DNA of 56,736 nt, the filler included, from Dimargaris cristalligena (lineage: Eukaryota): the NCBI GenBank assembly GCA_003614675.1. It is 4 parts of 4 records of this genome, joined end to end, with 100 filler letters (N's around TTAATTAATTAA, not from the genome) between each part and the next. Parts side by side here need not be neighbours in the genome. Positions count along the whole stretch, not along the records: positions 14,218 to 28,333 come from ML002964.1; positions 28,434 to 42,540 come from ML002965.1; 2 more parts are not named here. One strand, written 5' to 3'. A program made the translations under genes and the position numbers. Numbering within the stretch: position 1 is the first letter of the stretch; each line of letters opens with the position of its first letter. The notes below the pieces were generated by a model. It saw only the letters and a program-made list of their open reading frames with translations. It was not told the DNA's origin and made no database searches. Shown in pieces: positions 23,772-35,675 of the stretch.

Positions 23772-24884
23772 ATGTCTCACAACGACCAGAACTGCCACTT
23801 GTCGCACGCTCTGAATGAGCTCGACGATGCCAATATCATGGGCATTAAACCCCTCATTCCTCCCCAGATTCTCATGGAGGATATTCCCCTGAATGAAGCC
23901 GCCGTTGCCACCATCGTCGAGGGCCGCCGCGGCACCGAGCGGGTGATCGCCGGTGAGGACGATCGTCTGGTTGTCGTCGTGGGCCCCTGCTCCATCCACG
24001 ACGTCCAAGCCGCCTTGGAATACGCCGCCAAACTCAAGGTCTACGCCGTTACCGCCCAGGCCGACCTGTGCATCATCATGCGGGTCTACTTCGAAAAGCC
24101 CCGCACGACGGTGGGCTGGAAGGGTCTCATCAACGATCCGTTCTTGAACAGCAGTTTCTCCATCAACAAGGGCCTGCGGGTGGGCCGTCAATTGCTACTG
24201 GATATCAACACCCTGGGCCTACCGGCGGGAGTCGAGTTCTTGGATACCATCACTCCCCAATACATTGGTGATTTGGTCACTTGGGGCGCCATCGGGGCCC
24301 GTACAACTGAATCCCAGGTCCACCGGGAACTGGCTTCTGGTATTTCCGTGCCCGTCGGTTTCAAAAACGGTACCGACGGTGGCTGCAAAATCGCTTTCGA
24401 TGCTATCAAATCCGCCTCGACTAGCCACCATTTCCTGTCGGTGACCAAACAGGGTCTTAGCGCGATTGTGCAAACCAAAGGTAACCGCTTCTGTCACGTC
24501 ATTCTGCGCGGCGGTAACGACGGCCCCAACTACGATGCCGACCACGTCGAACGGGTGGCCCAGCAGCTCCAGGCCGCCGGCTTGCCTAAGCGCATCATGA
24601 TCGATTGCAGTCACGGGAACAGCAGCAAGAAATTCGAGCGCCAGATCATGGTTGCCGAAGACATCAAAAATCAGCTCACGAGTGCCCGGACTGGCGACAG
24701 CATCATTGGTGTTATGATCGAAAGCCACCTGGTCGAAGGCCGTCAGGATATCCCCGCCGAAGGTCCCGCGGGCCTGCGCTACGGTCAGAGTATCACCGAC
24801 GCTTGCATCAACTGGGACGATACCGTGCGTGTGCTTGATATGCTGCGCGAAGGTGTTCAGGCCCGTCGTCAACGTAATGCTTAG
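23772..24884 (+). CDS. ARO3: DAHP synthase (class I-alpha), probably the Phe-inhibited Aro3 type
   Basis: Motifs GPCSIHD, MRVYFEKPRTTVGWKGLINDP, GAIGARTTESQVHRELASG, GFKNGTDG, IDCSHGNS, YGQSITDACI. HHFLSVTK has Ser at the specificity position. Confidence 0.96.
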   Translation: MSHNDQNCHLSHALNELDDANIMGIKPLIPPQILMEDIPLNEAAVATIVEGRRGTERVIAGEDDRLVVVVGPCSIHDVQAALEYAAKLKVYAVTAQADLCIIMRVYFEKPRTTVGWKGLINDPFLNSSFSINKGLRVGRQLLLDINTLGLPAGVEFLDTITPQYIGDLVTWGAIGARTTESQVHRELASGISVPVGFKNGTDGGCKIAFDAIKSASTSHHFLSVTKQGLSAIVQTKGNRFCHVILRGGNDGPNYDADHVERVAQQLQAAGLPKRIMIDCSHGNSSKKFERQIMVAEDIKNQLTSARTGDSIIGVMIESHLVEGRQDIPAEGPAGLRYGQSITDACINWDDTVRVLDMLREGVQARRQRNA

Positions 24885-26549
24885 TGTGCTTAATCATCCC
24901 ATTCATTTATAAGAGTGAACCAAGAGGAAATACCCCGCTGGTCCTCAAAGAAAGAACCAAAAAACCACACTGGTCACCTCTCCCTCTTTTCCGCGGTGCC
25001 CCCCCACTGTCTTTACCAAAGAATATTTCGAGGCACACCAAGAGACTTCCTTCTACCCTTTCGTTGAGGTACACTTCGAGGTCAAGGATACCGCTGAGCA
25101 TTATCACATTCCCCTTTTATTGAGTCGGCATTCCTACACGACCTACCGCGGATCGTAAACGATTCACAGGAGATTAAACCAATGGCCCACGAACACTGAG
25201 GTTAGAGGGGCTTCGAATTAATTGGAGCGAAGCAGTCCACGCCTCTTACCCTAAATTGGCAAATAAATAGATCTACAGACCAAGTATTTTTAATTTATAT
25301 TTCAATGGTGAGGCTATCCGTAGCAATAGTGGCGGAAATAGCCCATAGTGAGCGTGGAAATCAGAGAGGGTCGATATAGGCGACCTTGTTTTAAACAGTG
25401 GAAATGTGGGGGGGGGGTTATGCATACGAAACTCATAAATAGATAAAAGGCAGTCGGAGTCTAAAGGCAGTATATATATTATGAGGGGAAGCATTGGTCG
25501 GCAAACAACCGAGCCCTTTTACCCACTTATGGGCAGGTTTTCTTTGCCCTGCTCTTTTTTTCAGATAATAATCTTTACAGCCAAGGAAATGCCAGCCGGG
25601 TCAATATAGTTGTAGTGTATCCGTCGTCCCCGCTTCGTGTACATGTTTAGAGAAAGTTGTCTTCCTCGCATTGGCCGCATCCCACATTCCCTCACTCTCT
25701 ACGCCACTTACTCTTGGGCGACGCATTCGTAAGTATGAACGGCGGGGCCATCCGCCACAGGCCGTTCAGTAGTTGGTCGGAGTAGTTGCACAGCAATGCC
25801 CTGGGCAGGCCGGCCTCGGTGGGCATCAAGTACATGCGAGGTAATTGGGCTACGAGAAGCCATTCGTTGGACGAGGTGGGAGGTATAAAATGACGGTGAA
25901 TGGGGGAATGTAAAAAAACCAAAAGGGAAGCGGGTGTCTCAAAGGTTGAGGTCACGCATGGGTGTGGGATGGCCACACCTGGCCAAGACCAGTGTGACTT
26001 ATTTCTCCTATACCTTTCGTACTACTCCACTCCCACTGGGCCAGCCTTTACGTATTAAAGGGGTGCAGGTCCCAGGTTTAATTGGGGAACCGGAAAAGAC
26101 AGCTCTCTTCCACACCTGTTAAGAGAACTACAGCCCACCTTTTCAATGGTCTACGGCCTAGGGGCTATGGGGAAAGCCCAACGCAGTAGCCAAACGAAGC
26201 ATCCCCTTACTGAGCGAGGGGGGGTATTCCTAGGTAATCAGCCCACTTTTCTAAAGCTATGCGCAGCGGGATTGTGCTTCTCAAGTTTTTTCCTTGGTTA
26301 TTTGATTATTAAAAATGCCGACTAATGATTTACTACAGACATGGGCAGCTAAAATCACCATAATAAATCAGCCTATAGATTGATTCCAATAATATCAATC
26401 GATGGACAACCACGCTGGATAAGGAGTTTCGGCATCACTGAGCAGGTTTTGGAAAGAAAATAATCATCATGGAATTGGCCGTCATGGTGGTTAGCCCACT
26501 TTACTACTGTATTGGCATCCATAAGTGTAGACTCCCAAAGAACTCAGCA

Positions 26550-28333
26550 CTAGTAGTCGACTTGACCAGTAGTTATTGGCAGGGAGCAACAGGGGGGAGA
26601 TGATACTGAATATAAGGATATTCCTAGGTGGAGGGTACTAATGGACTGAGAGTAATTTGACTAGTATTTATTAGGGCCATGTAGATATATGATGAATATA
26701 ACCCTGCTGTAACCCTTATTAGTGTTTTTATACATAGGGAAGATACAGGAACATCCCCCCAAAATATAAATAGTGCAACTGTAAGGTATAGGCTGACAAC
26801 AGGAAAAATCATCAAGTCCATAGGAAAAGCACAGTACAGGAGTCCTTGGTGTGTTGGATTGGGTTGGGGGGGGGGTAGTTGGACATTATTGTAACATGTA
26901 TTGTCAAAGAAAAGCCACCACTATATAATAGGACCTCCTTTTAGCAGTCTGAGGCAAGGGTCTGATTGTAAAAGCATAGACTATCCTGTGCAAGAGCCAG
27001 TAGAGCCCATTCCATTAAATGTGTGTTAGATTACCCAGTGGGACTGAACCATTGTCATCTAAATTTATATGATGTGTCCTCAACTATCAGTATATTGCCT
27101 GATATCCATGGCCCCTTTCACTTAATCTACCTGGTGCTTCAGTCACAGATGCATTAAAATTTAGAATGTTACTCCCATTTATAGACAAAGAAATCCTTGT
27201 GGCCAATGAAGTTAAGTTAGAGATATCTAGAGGTATATGGATAATGTAAGATTATTATTTCATTAGACACTGTCTTTATTGGAGGAGAATGAGTAAATAA
27301 AGTGGAGTGCCTTGGCAAAATAAATAAAGTGGCATCAAATACAAGTTCAAGAACCACTGGGTAAAATAAATAGTGTAAACACCCAAATCAAACGTAATAG
27401 AATTTCAGTTGGGATATTTGATCAGTGAAGACTAGGCAATCTCTCCACTCCTGTGTTGTGGTCATACTGATTACCATAAGGTAATATAATCTGATAACCT
27501 TATCAGAGCTGACTGGAGCAGTCATGGTCTGGTGGAAAAACTAACTAACTAAGGAAACTATGCACTTGGCAGGGACAATTCTTATCTAATCTTCAGATAG
27601 GGACAACTGGGGCAACCAGGGATCACACAGGGATCCTTCTAGTGTACAGCAGATAAGGCATAATGAATGGGCTTGGGCTAAATGGATGACAGGGATAGAG
27701 CAAGACCAGTGGATTGAAATAACTAACTGGTAAACTATACTTAATGTAAAAACTGCCTATTTATTAGGAGAATACCCAATGGGTATTTATATAAAATAAA
27801 ATAAAGAAGTCCACCAATGTTGGCAGCTTTGAAGGTACTAAGTCTCGGGATATGCCCCAGACTTCTATAACTACAAGATCCTAGAGTTATGAATAAAAAC
27901 TATGAATATTGAATATTGAATATAGAATATGGAAAACTGGAAAAACGGCCTAGCCATCAAATGGCTTATAAATGGGTGGGGAAAGATGAAGACTGACCTT
28001 TAGTAATACTCTTTATCTTTTCTAAATTAAAAATAGTTTGGCTGGGATATACTATTAGAGATTAAGCAGGCCCAGCTACAACACCTGATAAAATTTCCAG
28101 TTCCCCAAGTTTGACCTTAGTATCAGGATCAAACCTTGAAATATCCACCAGGATACTAATTTAGGGGATTTCACTACTATCTATGAGCTGTAAATATTTG
28201 AAGAGGTGATGATCTAATCCTGCAGGTGTTATATTGTCTAGTGATAGCTAATTAACCCTGGTGTAAAGAACTGAAATTAAATCCTTGAAAACTGAACTTT
28301 ATTTGAAAAGATAGATAATAAAAGGGAAAGGTG
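26550..28333. repeat. CpG-depleted, AT-rich decayed sequence (probable transposon or pseudogene relic), family unidentified
   Basis: Very few CG dinucleotides over about 1.8 kb, stop-interrupted frames, several short hairpins and a TGAATAT tandem near 27900. Confidence 0.5.
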
Positions 28334-28433
28334 NNNNNNNNNNNNNNNNNNNNNNNNNNNNNNNNNNNNNNNNNNNNTTAATTAATTAANNNNNNNNNNN
28401 NNNNNNNNNNNNNNNNNNNNNNNNNNNNNNNNN
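28334..28433. other. Artificial contig spacer
   Basis: 44N-TTAATTAATTAA-44N. Confidence 0.99.
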
Positions 28434-29838
28434 AATTTACCATTAATATGGTCGCCTCTTCAGCATGATTTTAAATAAACCCATACCACATATCCCTGCA
28501 CTTTTACGAGCTTGTAATTTATCTATTTAACCCATGAGCCATTCGCGGATGACCTCATCAAGAGGTTTATTTATCAGTGACTTGATTTATCTACTATTCA
28601 AGGATGTTGGCCCTATTAGATACCACGTTTAGGTATATAACGGAAACATATCTAAAGATGCTGGTATAGTATTTTTATTCAAAAGGGTATTTATAGTCAT
28701 TGCTTATTCCCATTTAGCAGGGGTGTATTGTCGTCATCTTCCTGAGAATTTTGTAAATCTATGTGCATTCCTTAACTTGGGTTTGTCCTGGGCGGGATTG
28801 TGTATTGACATGAATGTGGCATTCGGCTAATGGACATTCTGGCACGAGAGGAAGATGTGGCGTCCCTTTCAGCACTATTTAATGTCGACTGGGTCAGTTC
28901 CCTATTTGCCGAAGATAGGACATTCGCCAGGGTTGACCGAGGCGATTTCAGAATTGGATATGGTAATTCTTTTGTACCGGTGGGGACGCTTAAACGGGTA
29001 ATATAGAACGTTATTAAAACTATAAAAGTTGGCTAATTGTAATAAAATGATTCCGTAGTGACTGCCAAAAATCACGAGAGCAAAGCAAAATAAAAAAAAT
29101 CACAATCAACACAAAGTTTTAAAGTATTGACGACTCATAGTGAGGTGACACATTGATATTTATTATAATAAGTTGCGATTGTACTACCTGGGCTGTGTTG
29201 CCTTCGGCCTAAAATCCAAAAAATGCGACAATGACGGTCAAGATATCTGTGCTGCAATATTCACAAATCTCAAATGCAAGAGTTCTATGGTGCTATTCCT
29301 TATCCAGAGCTGATCTTTAATGTATAAGTTTCTGAGTTCCATACATACGTAGCAATATACTAGACGAGTGTGTGTAGGGATAGGGATGCCATTTAATGGA
29401 GGATCTTTCATGCCAGACACTGGAAGTAGCAGCCACCCACAGTTAGTATAGTCCTGCACTAGTAAGCGGCGCCAAGCATATCTTAGCGGTGACTATGCCC
29501 GTTTCCGCTTGAAATATACTAGTTTTGAACTATTAGGCATCTTGTCGAATGACAATCTATATAGAATAGTGCAGATGTATTGGGGGTTTTTCTTTTGGTA
29601 TTTTATTAAATTGATAAGGAGTTTAATAAATTTTGGGATCAAAGGAAAGCGATATAGTGATGCTTCATACAAATGCCACCTTGTTCTGAAAACAAAAAAA
29701 AATCAAAGTAAAAGTAAAATAAGTAGTAAAAACGTCCCCAACCTAGTCGTGGATAATACTACGGGGTGCCATTTAGTAAAGAACTTTACCAAATATAAAA
29801 GTCAGAAGTAATTCAGTCCAACACCAAATTATAGACCC

Positions 29839-32800
29839 TTAGTTTTTGGGTTTTTTGGTCTTCCGTTTTTTGCTTGATGTAGCTTTTGACTCGCCGTTGG
29901 CTGCTGGGGTAGGTGCAGCGGTAGTGGTAGGAGTAGTAGTAGTAGTAGTGGTGGTAGCAGTAGGAGGTGTAGTAGTGGCAGTGTCGTCACTTTTACTGTC
30001 GACCGCCCCCTGTGGCTGCACGCTAAGTCCGGGAATGAACGGCGTCACCAATCGCATTTGCATCTTCTCCCGCAAGGTAGGCTCGTCATTCTTAACGGCC
30101 GGTTCCTTATTCTTGACGGTCGCATTGGCATCCCGTTTGGATCCCGCCCCTTCGCCTTCCTTGAGTCCGTTGAGTCCCTCCTGTTCCACCGTAATTCGCA
30201 CATGGACGGGGGCGAAGGTCGTGATCGTGATACCCGTTTCAGGGTTATTGAGGGTATTGGTCGAGGGATCGTACACCAAAATCTCGGTAGAAGCGGCCAC
30301 CTTCTTTTCGGCGGCGTAGACAAACCCTTCAATACCGTATTTGGGGACCAACACCGAGAAGCCGTTCTGTAGGACTCGGGTCACGTAACCGGGTTCGTAG
30401 ACCTCCTTGTTGCGGAAGAAGAGATGTGTGTACAACTCGACGGAGCTACGGGCGGCCTGTTGGGCCATCCGGTTCCGGTAGTTGAGGGTGTCCGACTGGT
30501 CCTTCATGCGACTCTTGTCCAGAATCATGGGGATATACGGGGCTTGGGGATTGATACTCGCCTCCAATAGACGATGGACCAGCACGTCCGCGTACCGCCG
30601 AATGGGGGAGGTAAAGTGGGTGTAGATGGGGGTGGCCAACCCGTAATGGTGGTAATCCTCGGGCGGCAGGGTACCGGAGCAGAAGTAGACGGCCTGCATC
30701 ATACTACGGGTAGCCATAATGCGGACCAGCTTATTGAAATACGGGTCATTGGCCTTGACCGCCTTATCCAAACTGTCCGAGAGGGTCTTGGACGAATCGG
30801 AGTTAAGTTCAAACCCATTTTCACGCAGACTCTGGCTCAGCCATTCGAAATTGGAGGGCGGGGGAGTGGGATGACGCCGGAGCATAGAGGTATCGGGGTA
30901 GGACTCGTATATCCGCTTGGCGACGGAAATATTGGCCAACAACATGAACTCTTCGACCAAAGCATTGGTGTCCTTGAGTTCTTTCATTTCCACGTCCACC
31001 GGGTCTTGGGAATCGTTTTCCAGGTTGAACCGCACTTCGGGGCTGGAGAGGGTCAGGGCACCCTGGTCCATACGGCGCTGGCGGAGTTTCTTGGCCAGTT
31101 GGTTGAGGGACCGGACGCCCAACGTGACGGGATCGTTCAAGGTCTGGTCGTCGATGCGGGCCTGGGCCTCGTCGTACGTGAAGGAGTTGCGGGACCGGAT
31201 CACCGACTTGCTGAAGGACACCTGGACAATATTGGCCTCGGGGTCCAATTCCCACACGCAGGAGAAGGCCAGGCGTTCCACGTTGCAGTGCAGGGAGCAC
31301 AGGTTAGTACCGAGCAGGGCGGGCAACATGTCAATACGGCGGTCGACAAGGTACACGGTGGTACAGCGTACCGCGGCTTCCTTGTCCATGTGCATGTCGG
31401 GTTTGACGAAATGGGTCACATCGGCAATGTGTACCCCCACTTGGTAGTTGCCGTTGGGCAGTTTGACGCAATGCAGGGCATCGTCGATATCGGTACAACC
31501 CGGGGGATCGATACTGCACACGTCCAACCCACGGTAATCGACCCGACCCTCCAAGTGGTGGTCCTGAACCACCCACGATTCGCCCTCCACGGGCAAATCG
31601 GACAATACTTGCTTGGAGAATTCCTGGTAGGGCACGTCATGCTCCATCAGCAGAACCTCGGTTTCGGTCGCCCGGTCACCGGCCGAACCCAACGCGCGCA
31701 CAAAATGTCCGAGCGGGTATTTCGAGTCCCGGGGCCAGCTGTCGATGTTAACCACGATGCGTTGCCCCAGGAGTTGGTGGGCCTGGCGAGTACGAACCTT
31801 AATCTTAGGGATGCGTTTGTCCATGGCTGCAAACATGACGCTTTGGCTCCCCGCGGCCTGGGTGTGACTCCGGACGGATCGGGATTCCAAATGACCGCAG
31901 TAGGGGCGCCAGTTACGCCGGACGATTCCCACTACTTTACCCGTGGGTTTCGCCTCGCCTACTTCCGCTGCCTCTTCGGCCTTCTTCGCTGGGGTCCCTT
32001 TAGAAGTCTGCTTGGTCTTACCAGCGGTGCCTTCCACCGGCGTGTCGTCCTCGACCTCGTCTTCGTCCTCTTCAATCAAAATCGCCGTGGGAGTGCGTTG
32101 CCATTCGGAACGGGGCAGCAGTTCTACCGCGATGACATCGCCATGGACCGCCCGGTTCATATGGCTACGGCCAATAATGACAATGGCCCGGGTTTCCCCG
32201 TCCACGGAGCCTAGAATCGAACCTTCTAGGAAATTATGTGTACTGATACCGAGCGTGCCTTGGACGTATTTGCCCGATTTAAGACCGCTCTGGACCTGCA
32301 GTTTGGTAAGGTGTTCGTCGTAACACACCCGCTGATCGCCCTTGTCGTTACCCACGCTGGCCTGGGATACCATATCGATAAGTTCGGGGTACTCCACGTA
32401 GTCTTGGAGGTAGTCCATCACGGAGGCGTTGGGAATACCGTCCGCGGTGGCTTTGCGCCGATTATCGGCGTCGTCGCTGAGCATCATGGCCTTGATTTGA
32501 CGCGGGTACCGGTTCGTCTGACTCAAATGCTGGTTGTACCACTGTACCGCCCGGCGGATGGCCCGGTCATTGCGATCGTTGGGAGTCTCCTCCTTGAGCC
32601 GTTCGATAAACGTTTCCCGGTGGTTCTCGTTGGAAAACACGTAAAAGTGACGGTCCGGATCACTGATGATATTGCGCAGCCGATGGTAGGTGGGCATGCT
32701 GAGGTTCTTCAACTCAGAGAGACAGGTCTGTAGAATGACCACGTTGGTCAGGGCGGGATGCTCAAGGATATCAATCTGATGGTAGAGCACATTGGTGTCG

Positions 32801-33033
32801 GGAACGACCAGGGTGGGCACGGGGAACGATTCGGTCTGGCGGGGCGTGCTGGATAACACGGGGTGGGGTACGGTGAATTTGCTATCCCCCTGGGCTTCCT
32901 GCAATGTAGCCCAGTCACAATTGGGGCACTTTTCCACTGAGCAGACAATGTCGTCGCGTAAGTAATGTTCAGTCACCACACGGACAACGTTGCCCTTGCG
33001 GGTCTTTTTCATGTACGACTTGGAGCGCAACAT
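29839..33033 (-). CDS. DIS3: Exosome catalytic subunit Dis3/Rrp44 (CR3, PIN, CSD, RNB, S1), intronless
   Basis: EHYLRDDIVC..C..C, PIN motifs VPDTN and NDRNDRAIR, RNB motifs SIDPPGCTDIDDALH and YTHFTSPIRRYAD, basic C-terminal NLS-like tail. Confidence 0.97.
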   Translation of the reverse strand: MLRSKSYMKKTRKGNVVRVVTEHYLRDDIVCSVEKCPNCDWATLQEAQGDSKFTVPHPVLSSTPRQTESFPVPTLVVPDTNVLYHQIDILEHPALTNVVILQTCLSELKNLSMPTYHRLRNIISDPDRHFYVFSNENHRETFIERLKEETPNDRNDRAIRRAVQWYNQHLSQTNRYPRQIKAMMLSDDADNRRKATADGIPNASVMDYLQDYVEYPELIDMVSQASVGNDKGDQRVCYDEHLTKLQVQSGLKSGKYVQGTLGISTHNFLEGSILGSVDGETRAIVIIGRSHMNRAVHGDVIAVELLPRSEWQRTPTAILIEEDEDEVEDDTPVEGTAGKTKQTSKGTPAKKAEEAAEVGEAKPTGKVVGIVRRNWRPYCGHLESRSVRSHTQAAGSQSVMFAAMDKRIPKIKVRTRQAHQLLGQRIVVNIDSWPRDSKYPLGHFVRALGSAGDRATETEVLLMEHDVPYQEFSKQVLSDLPVEGESWVVQDHHLEGRVDYRGLDVCSIDPPGCTDIDDALHCVKLPNGNYQVGVHIADVTHFVKPDMHMDKEAAVRCTTVYLVDRRIDMLPALLGTNLCSLHCNVERLAFSCVWELDPEANIVQVSFSKSVIRSRNSFTYDEAQARIDDQTLNDPVTLGVRSLNQLAKKLRQRRMDQGALTLSSPEVRFNLENDSQDPVDVEMKELKDTNALVEEFMLLANISVAKRIYESYPDTSMLRRHPTPPPSNFEWLSQSLRENGFELNSDSSKTLSDSLDKAVKANDPYFNKLVRIMATRSMMQAVYFCSGTLPPEDYHHYGLATPIYTHFTSPIRRYADVLVHRLLEASINPQAPYIPMILDKSRMKDQSDTLNYRNRMAQQAARSSVELYTHLFFRNKEVYEPGYVTRVLQNGFSVLVPKYGIEGFVYAAEKKVAASTEILVYDPSTNTLNNPETGITITTFAPVHVRITVEQEGLNGLKEGEGAGSKRDANATVKNKEPAVKNDEPTLREKMQMRLVTPFIPGLSVQPQGAVDSKSDDTATTTPPTATTTTTTTTPTTTAAPTPAANGESKATSSKKRKTKKPKN

Positions 33034-33502
33034 GTTGGACTGATGTAGGGAATCCGCAAACGAGCTGGCGGGTGGGCAAAATTAGTACAGAGAATATGGT
33101 GGCAAATAGTGTGAAGCTGCACTAGATAAACAACCGGATACCTCACGTAGTAAGATTCCTAGGATAGGGAAATAGGTATAAGAAATGTAGGTAAAACTAA
33201 GGCCCAATGCTGAATGTAAATAACGGCAATGCATGCATTACAACTAGCAGTTGAATAAGCGCAATCTCCCGAGACTATTTTAGTAACAACCGATGTCCTT
33301 TTTTTTCGCCCGTTCATTAGTGCGACTTTCAATGATTGATTTTCTACCTATATTTTTTTTCGACTTGACTCTCAAGACGTATTCTCTTGGCCATCTATAG
33401 GAGGGCCATAGCATAAGCTCCATTCATTCAACTTATAATAGGGATGCGATAACGGATCACGTGATGGATATACTTCCAGCCGAGTAATAGAAGCACAGAC
33501 AG

Positions 33503-33646
33503 ATATGGGTGAAATTCAAACCAGCTGTATAGGGTTTTACATAGTACATGTATGGGTGAATATGTGGGAGAATAGCTTTTAACCAGCAATATTGGCCTCA
33601 TCCAATGGATTTTTCGTTATACAGCCTGAATGAACTTCTCCCATAT
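33503..33646 (+). mobile_element. MITE family A, copy 4
   Basis: ATATGGGTGAAATTCAAACCAGCTGTATA ... CCTCATCCAATGGATTTTTCGTTATACAGCCTGAATGAACTTCTCCCATAT. 144 bp. Confidence 0.85.
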
Positions 33647-34267
33647 ATCATCCATCATCCAAAGGGCAACAGTTGGGTCAACCTATAACAAGTTCGCATT
33701 ATCTTAAACCAATCTACCTGATTCAGGAGATTACCCAAAGAATAGTGAATTTTCCTGTCCATGAGACACTAACCCGGTTGCTGGGCCTCTTGTGCTTTCG
33801 GCACTTGAAAGCCCTGGGTCTCCAGTTTAGGTGCTACTGCCCTATTGGCCCACCGGCCATTGCCCAGATATTAATCGATTATTTTTATTACACAGATAGG
33901 TGGGGGTTGATGGTCAATTTAAGACGGATTCAAACGAGCGCCAAGGGCTATATTATAAGCATGGTCCAGGCGAACCATGGTGGGTGGGATAGATGGTAAG
34001 GATATTGGTCGGGGTAAAAATTACTACGTAAGTGACCCCCATTCGTTACCAATGGAACTCAGAGATTGCCTATTAAAGACCCGCGGAAATTGATGCTATA
34101 AAACAAATGGATTATGGGGGGGGGGTCTTGAAAAATACTAAAAAAAATAAAAAGGAATTGAGTGGACAAATTTGATGGCTATAAAAAATAAAGGTCGCTA
34201 TAATGTGAGGTTAATTGGGGAAAGATGCTCCGAATGGTTTCAATCCAAGGAAGAACTCATCCGCGAA

Positions 34268-35658
34268 TTAGCTTAGCCGTTCCCGTTTACGGGTGTTTCC
34301 TCCCATTACCCGGGTTCGCTTACCCGGTAACCGGCTACTCAAAGGCGACGCCGGCAACGGCCGTTTCCGGTCATTCATAACCGCCACTTTAGTTACCGTA
34401 CCCTGGCGTGCCGTCAACAACAGCTGGTCGATCCGTTGCTTGAGGGTACTCTGATCACTAATCCGACGATTATTCGGCACCGCCAAGTCCGTCTGATTAA
34501 AAATGGCCGGTCGGACCTGGGTGAGGGGCGCGATGGTACGGGCTATTTTAGTGGATCGGTAGGGGGTACATAGGTTAGAATGGTTCTCCTGACCCGTAAA
34601 GACCCCGATTTTGGCCCGAACTGAACCAGGTGTCACATTGTTGGAAGTAACTGGACCCCCCATCTTCATTAACTGGTGACCCGAAATCCCAACAGCCTGG
34701 TAGGCTTCAAGATCACGTTCCAAGTGACTAATGCGGAGGCGAAAGGAATCCCGCTGCTTTTCGAGGGCCTGGAGATCCCGTTTAAGGTGCGAATTCTCTT
34801 CCTTGAGGTGAGTAATATGTTTGATCTTCTGTTTGAGAGACGGGTGGCCAGTATTTAGGGTGGACTGGGTACCCTGGGTTAGGTAAAGCTCATCGTAGAT
34901 GGGTCGGTGGTTCTTCTGCAGGAATTGGTTTTGGCTCTCCAGCTGGTGGATGGCCTGCTCGTGACCGGTTTCCGCGTCTAGTAGTTGTGAACGAAGCCTG
35001 GGTATCCCGGTGAAAAAAAATGACAGCATGGGCGTGTAGCATAAATAAACAAAGAGTGGGTATCATATATATCATTGATGAGTATCTTGTAATACCAGAT
35101 AAAAAATAGATGTAGCCTGATCTCAAAAAGGGATAATCGAAGATTGATTACCTCAGGCTTTACGGCGATCCAATAATTTCTTAAGATACCCCTATTCTTC
35201 AATAAAAAATACCGGAACTTACGTTTCAACCACCACCGAAAGGGTTTCGAATTGGTGCTTATAGTCCTCCGTCGCATCATTCACTTTCCGTTTCTCGCGC
35301 TGCAGGGACATGTACTCCTCGTTGGCTTTAGTTCGCACCTCTTTTAATTCCTGCTCGTACTGCAAGACGTGCTGTTCCAGCTGGTAAATCCGGTTATGGA
35401 ACCGTTTGGCCTCGGGGGGAGCGAGCGTCCCGGCTTTTTTGTCCTGCAGCTGACGCTGCAAATCAGTTATAAGGGTCTCCTTTTCGCCCAGCGTCTGCTC
35501 CAACTTTTGTAAATGGGCGTGTTGTTCGGCCAGGGCCTTTTCATCGGCCAGTCGCCGCTTGTCGTCCAGCTGGGCCTGCTGCGCGGCCTTATTGGATACT
35601 TGGGTAAGTTCGTGAGTCGTATCGGCCAGTCGCGTCTGCAACTCTGCCGGAATTAAGA
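34268..35658 (-). CDS. 3' half of an HMMR/RHAMM-like coiled-coil protein (exons about 35658-35223 and 34997-34268); no start of its own
   Basis: Coiled coil, then an in-phase GT-AG intron at 35222-34998 (AC|gtaagt...cag|G). Contains GHPSLKQKIKHITHLKEENSHLK, matching the HMMR C-terminal basic-zipper motif (GHQNxKQKIKHVVKLKDEN). Confidence 0.8.
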
Positions 35659-35675
35659 CCTGCTCACCCAACAGG

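Noticed and set aside
28434-29110. Possible pseudogene fragment on the minus strand
   Set aside because: Only short open stretches with no recognisable motif.
30574-32214. 546-aa ORF antisense to DIS3
   Set aside because: Shadow ORF caused by codon bias; no motifs and fully inside a conserved gene.
33098-33106. GGTGGCAAA (Rpn4/PACE-like site) next to the DIS3 start
   Set aside because: Single hit in a probable 5' UTR of a non-proteasome gene; chance is sufficient.
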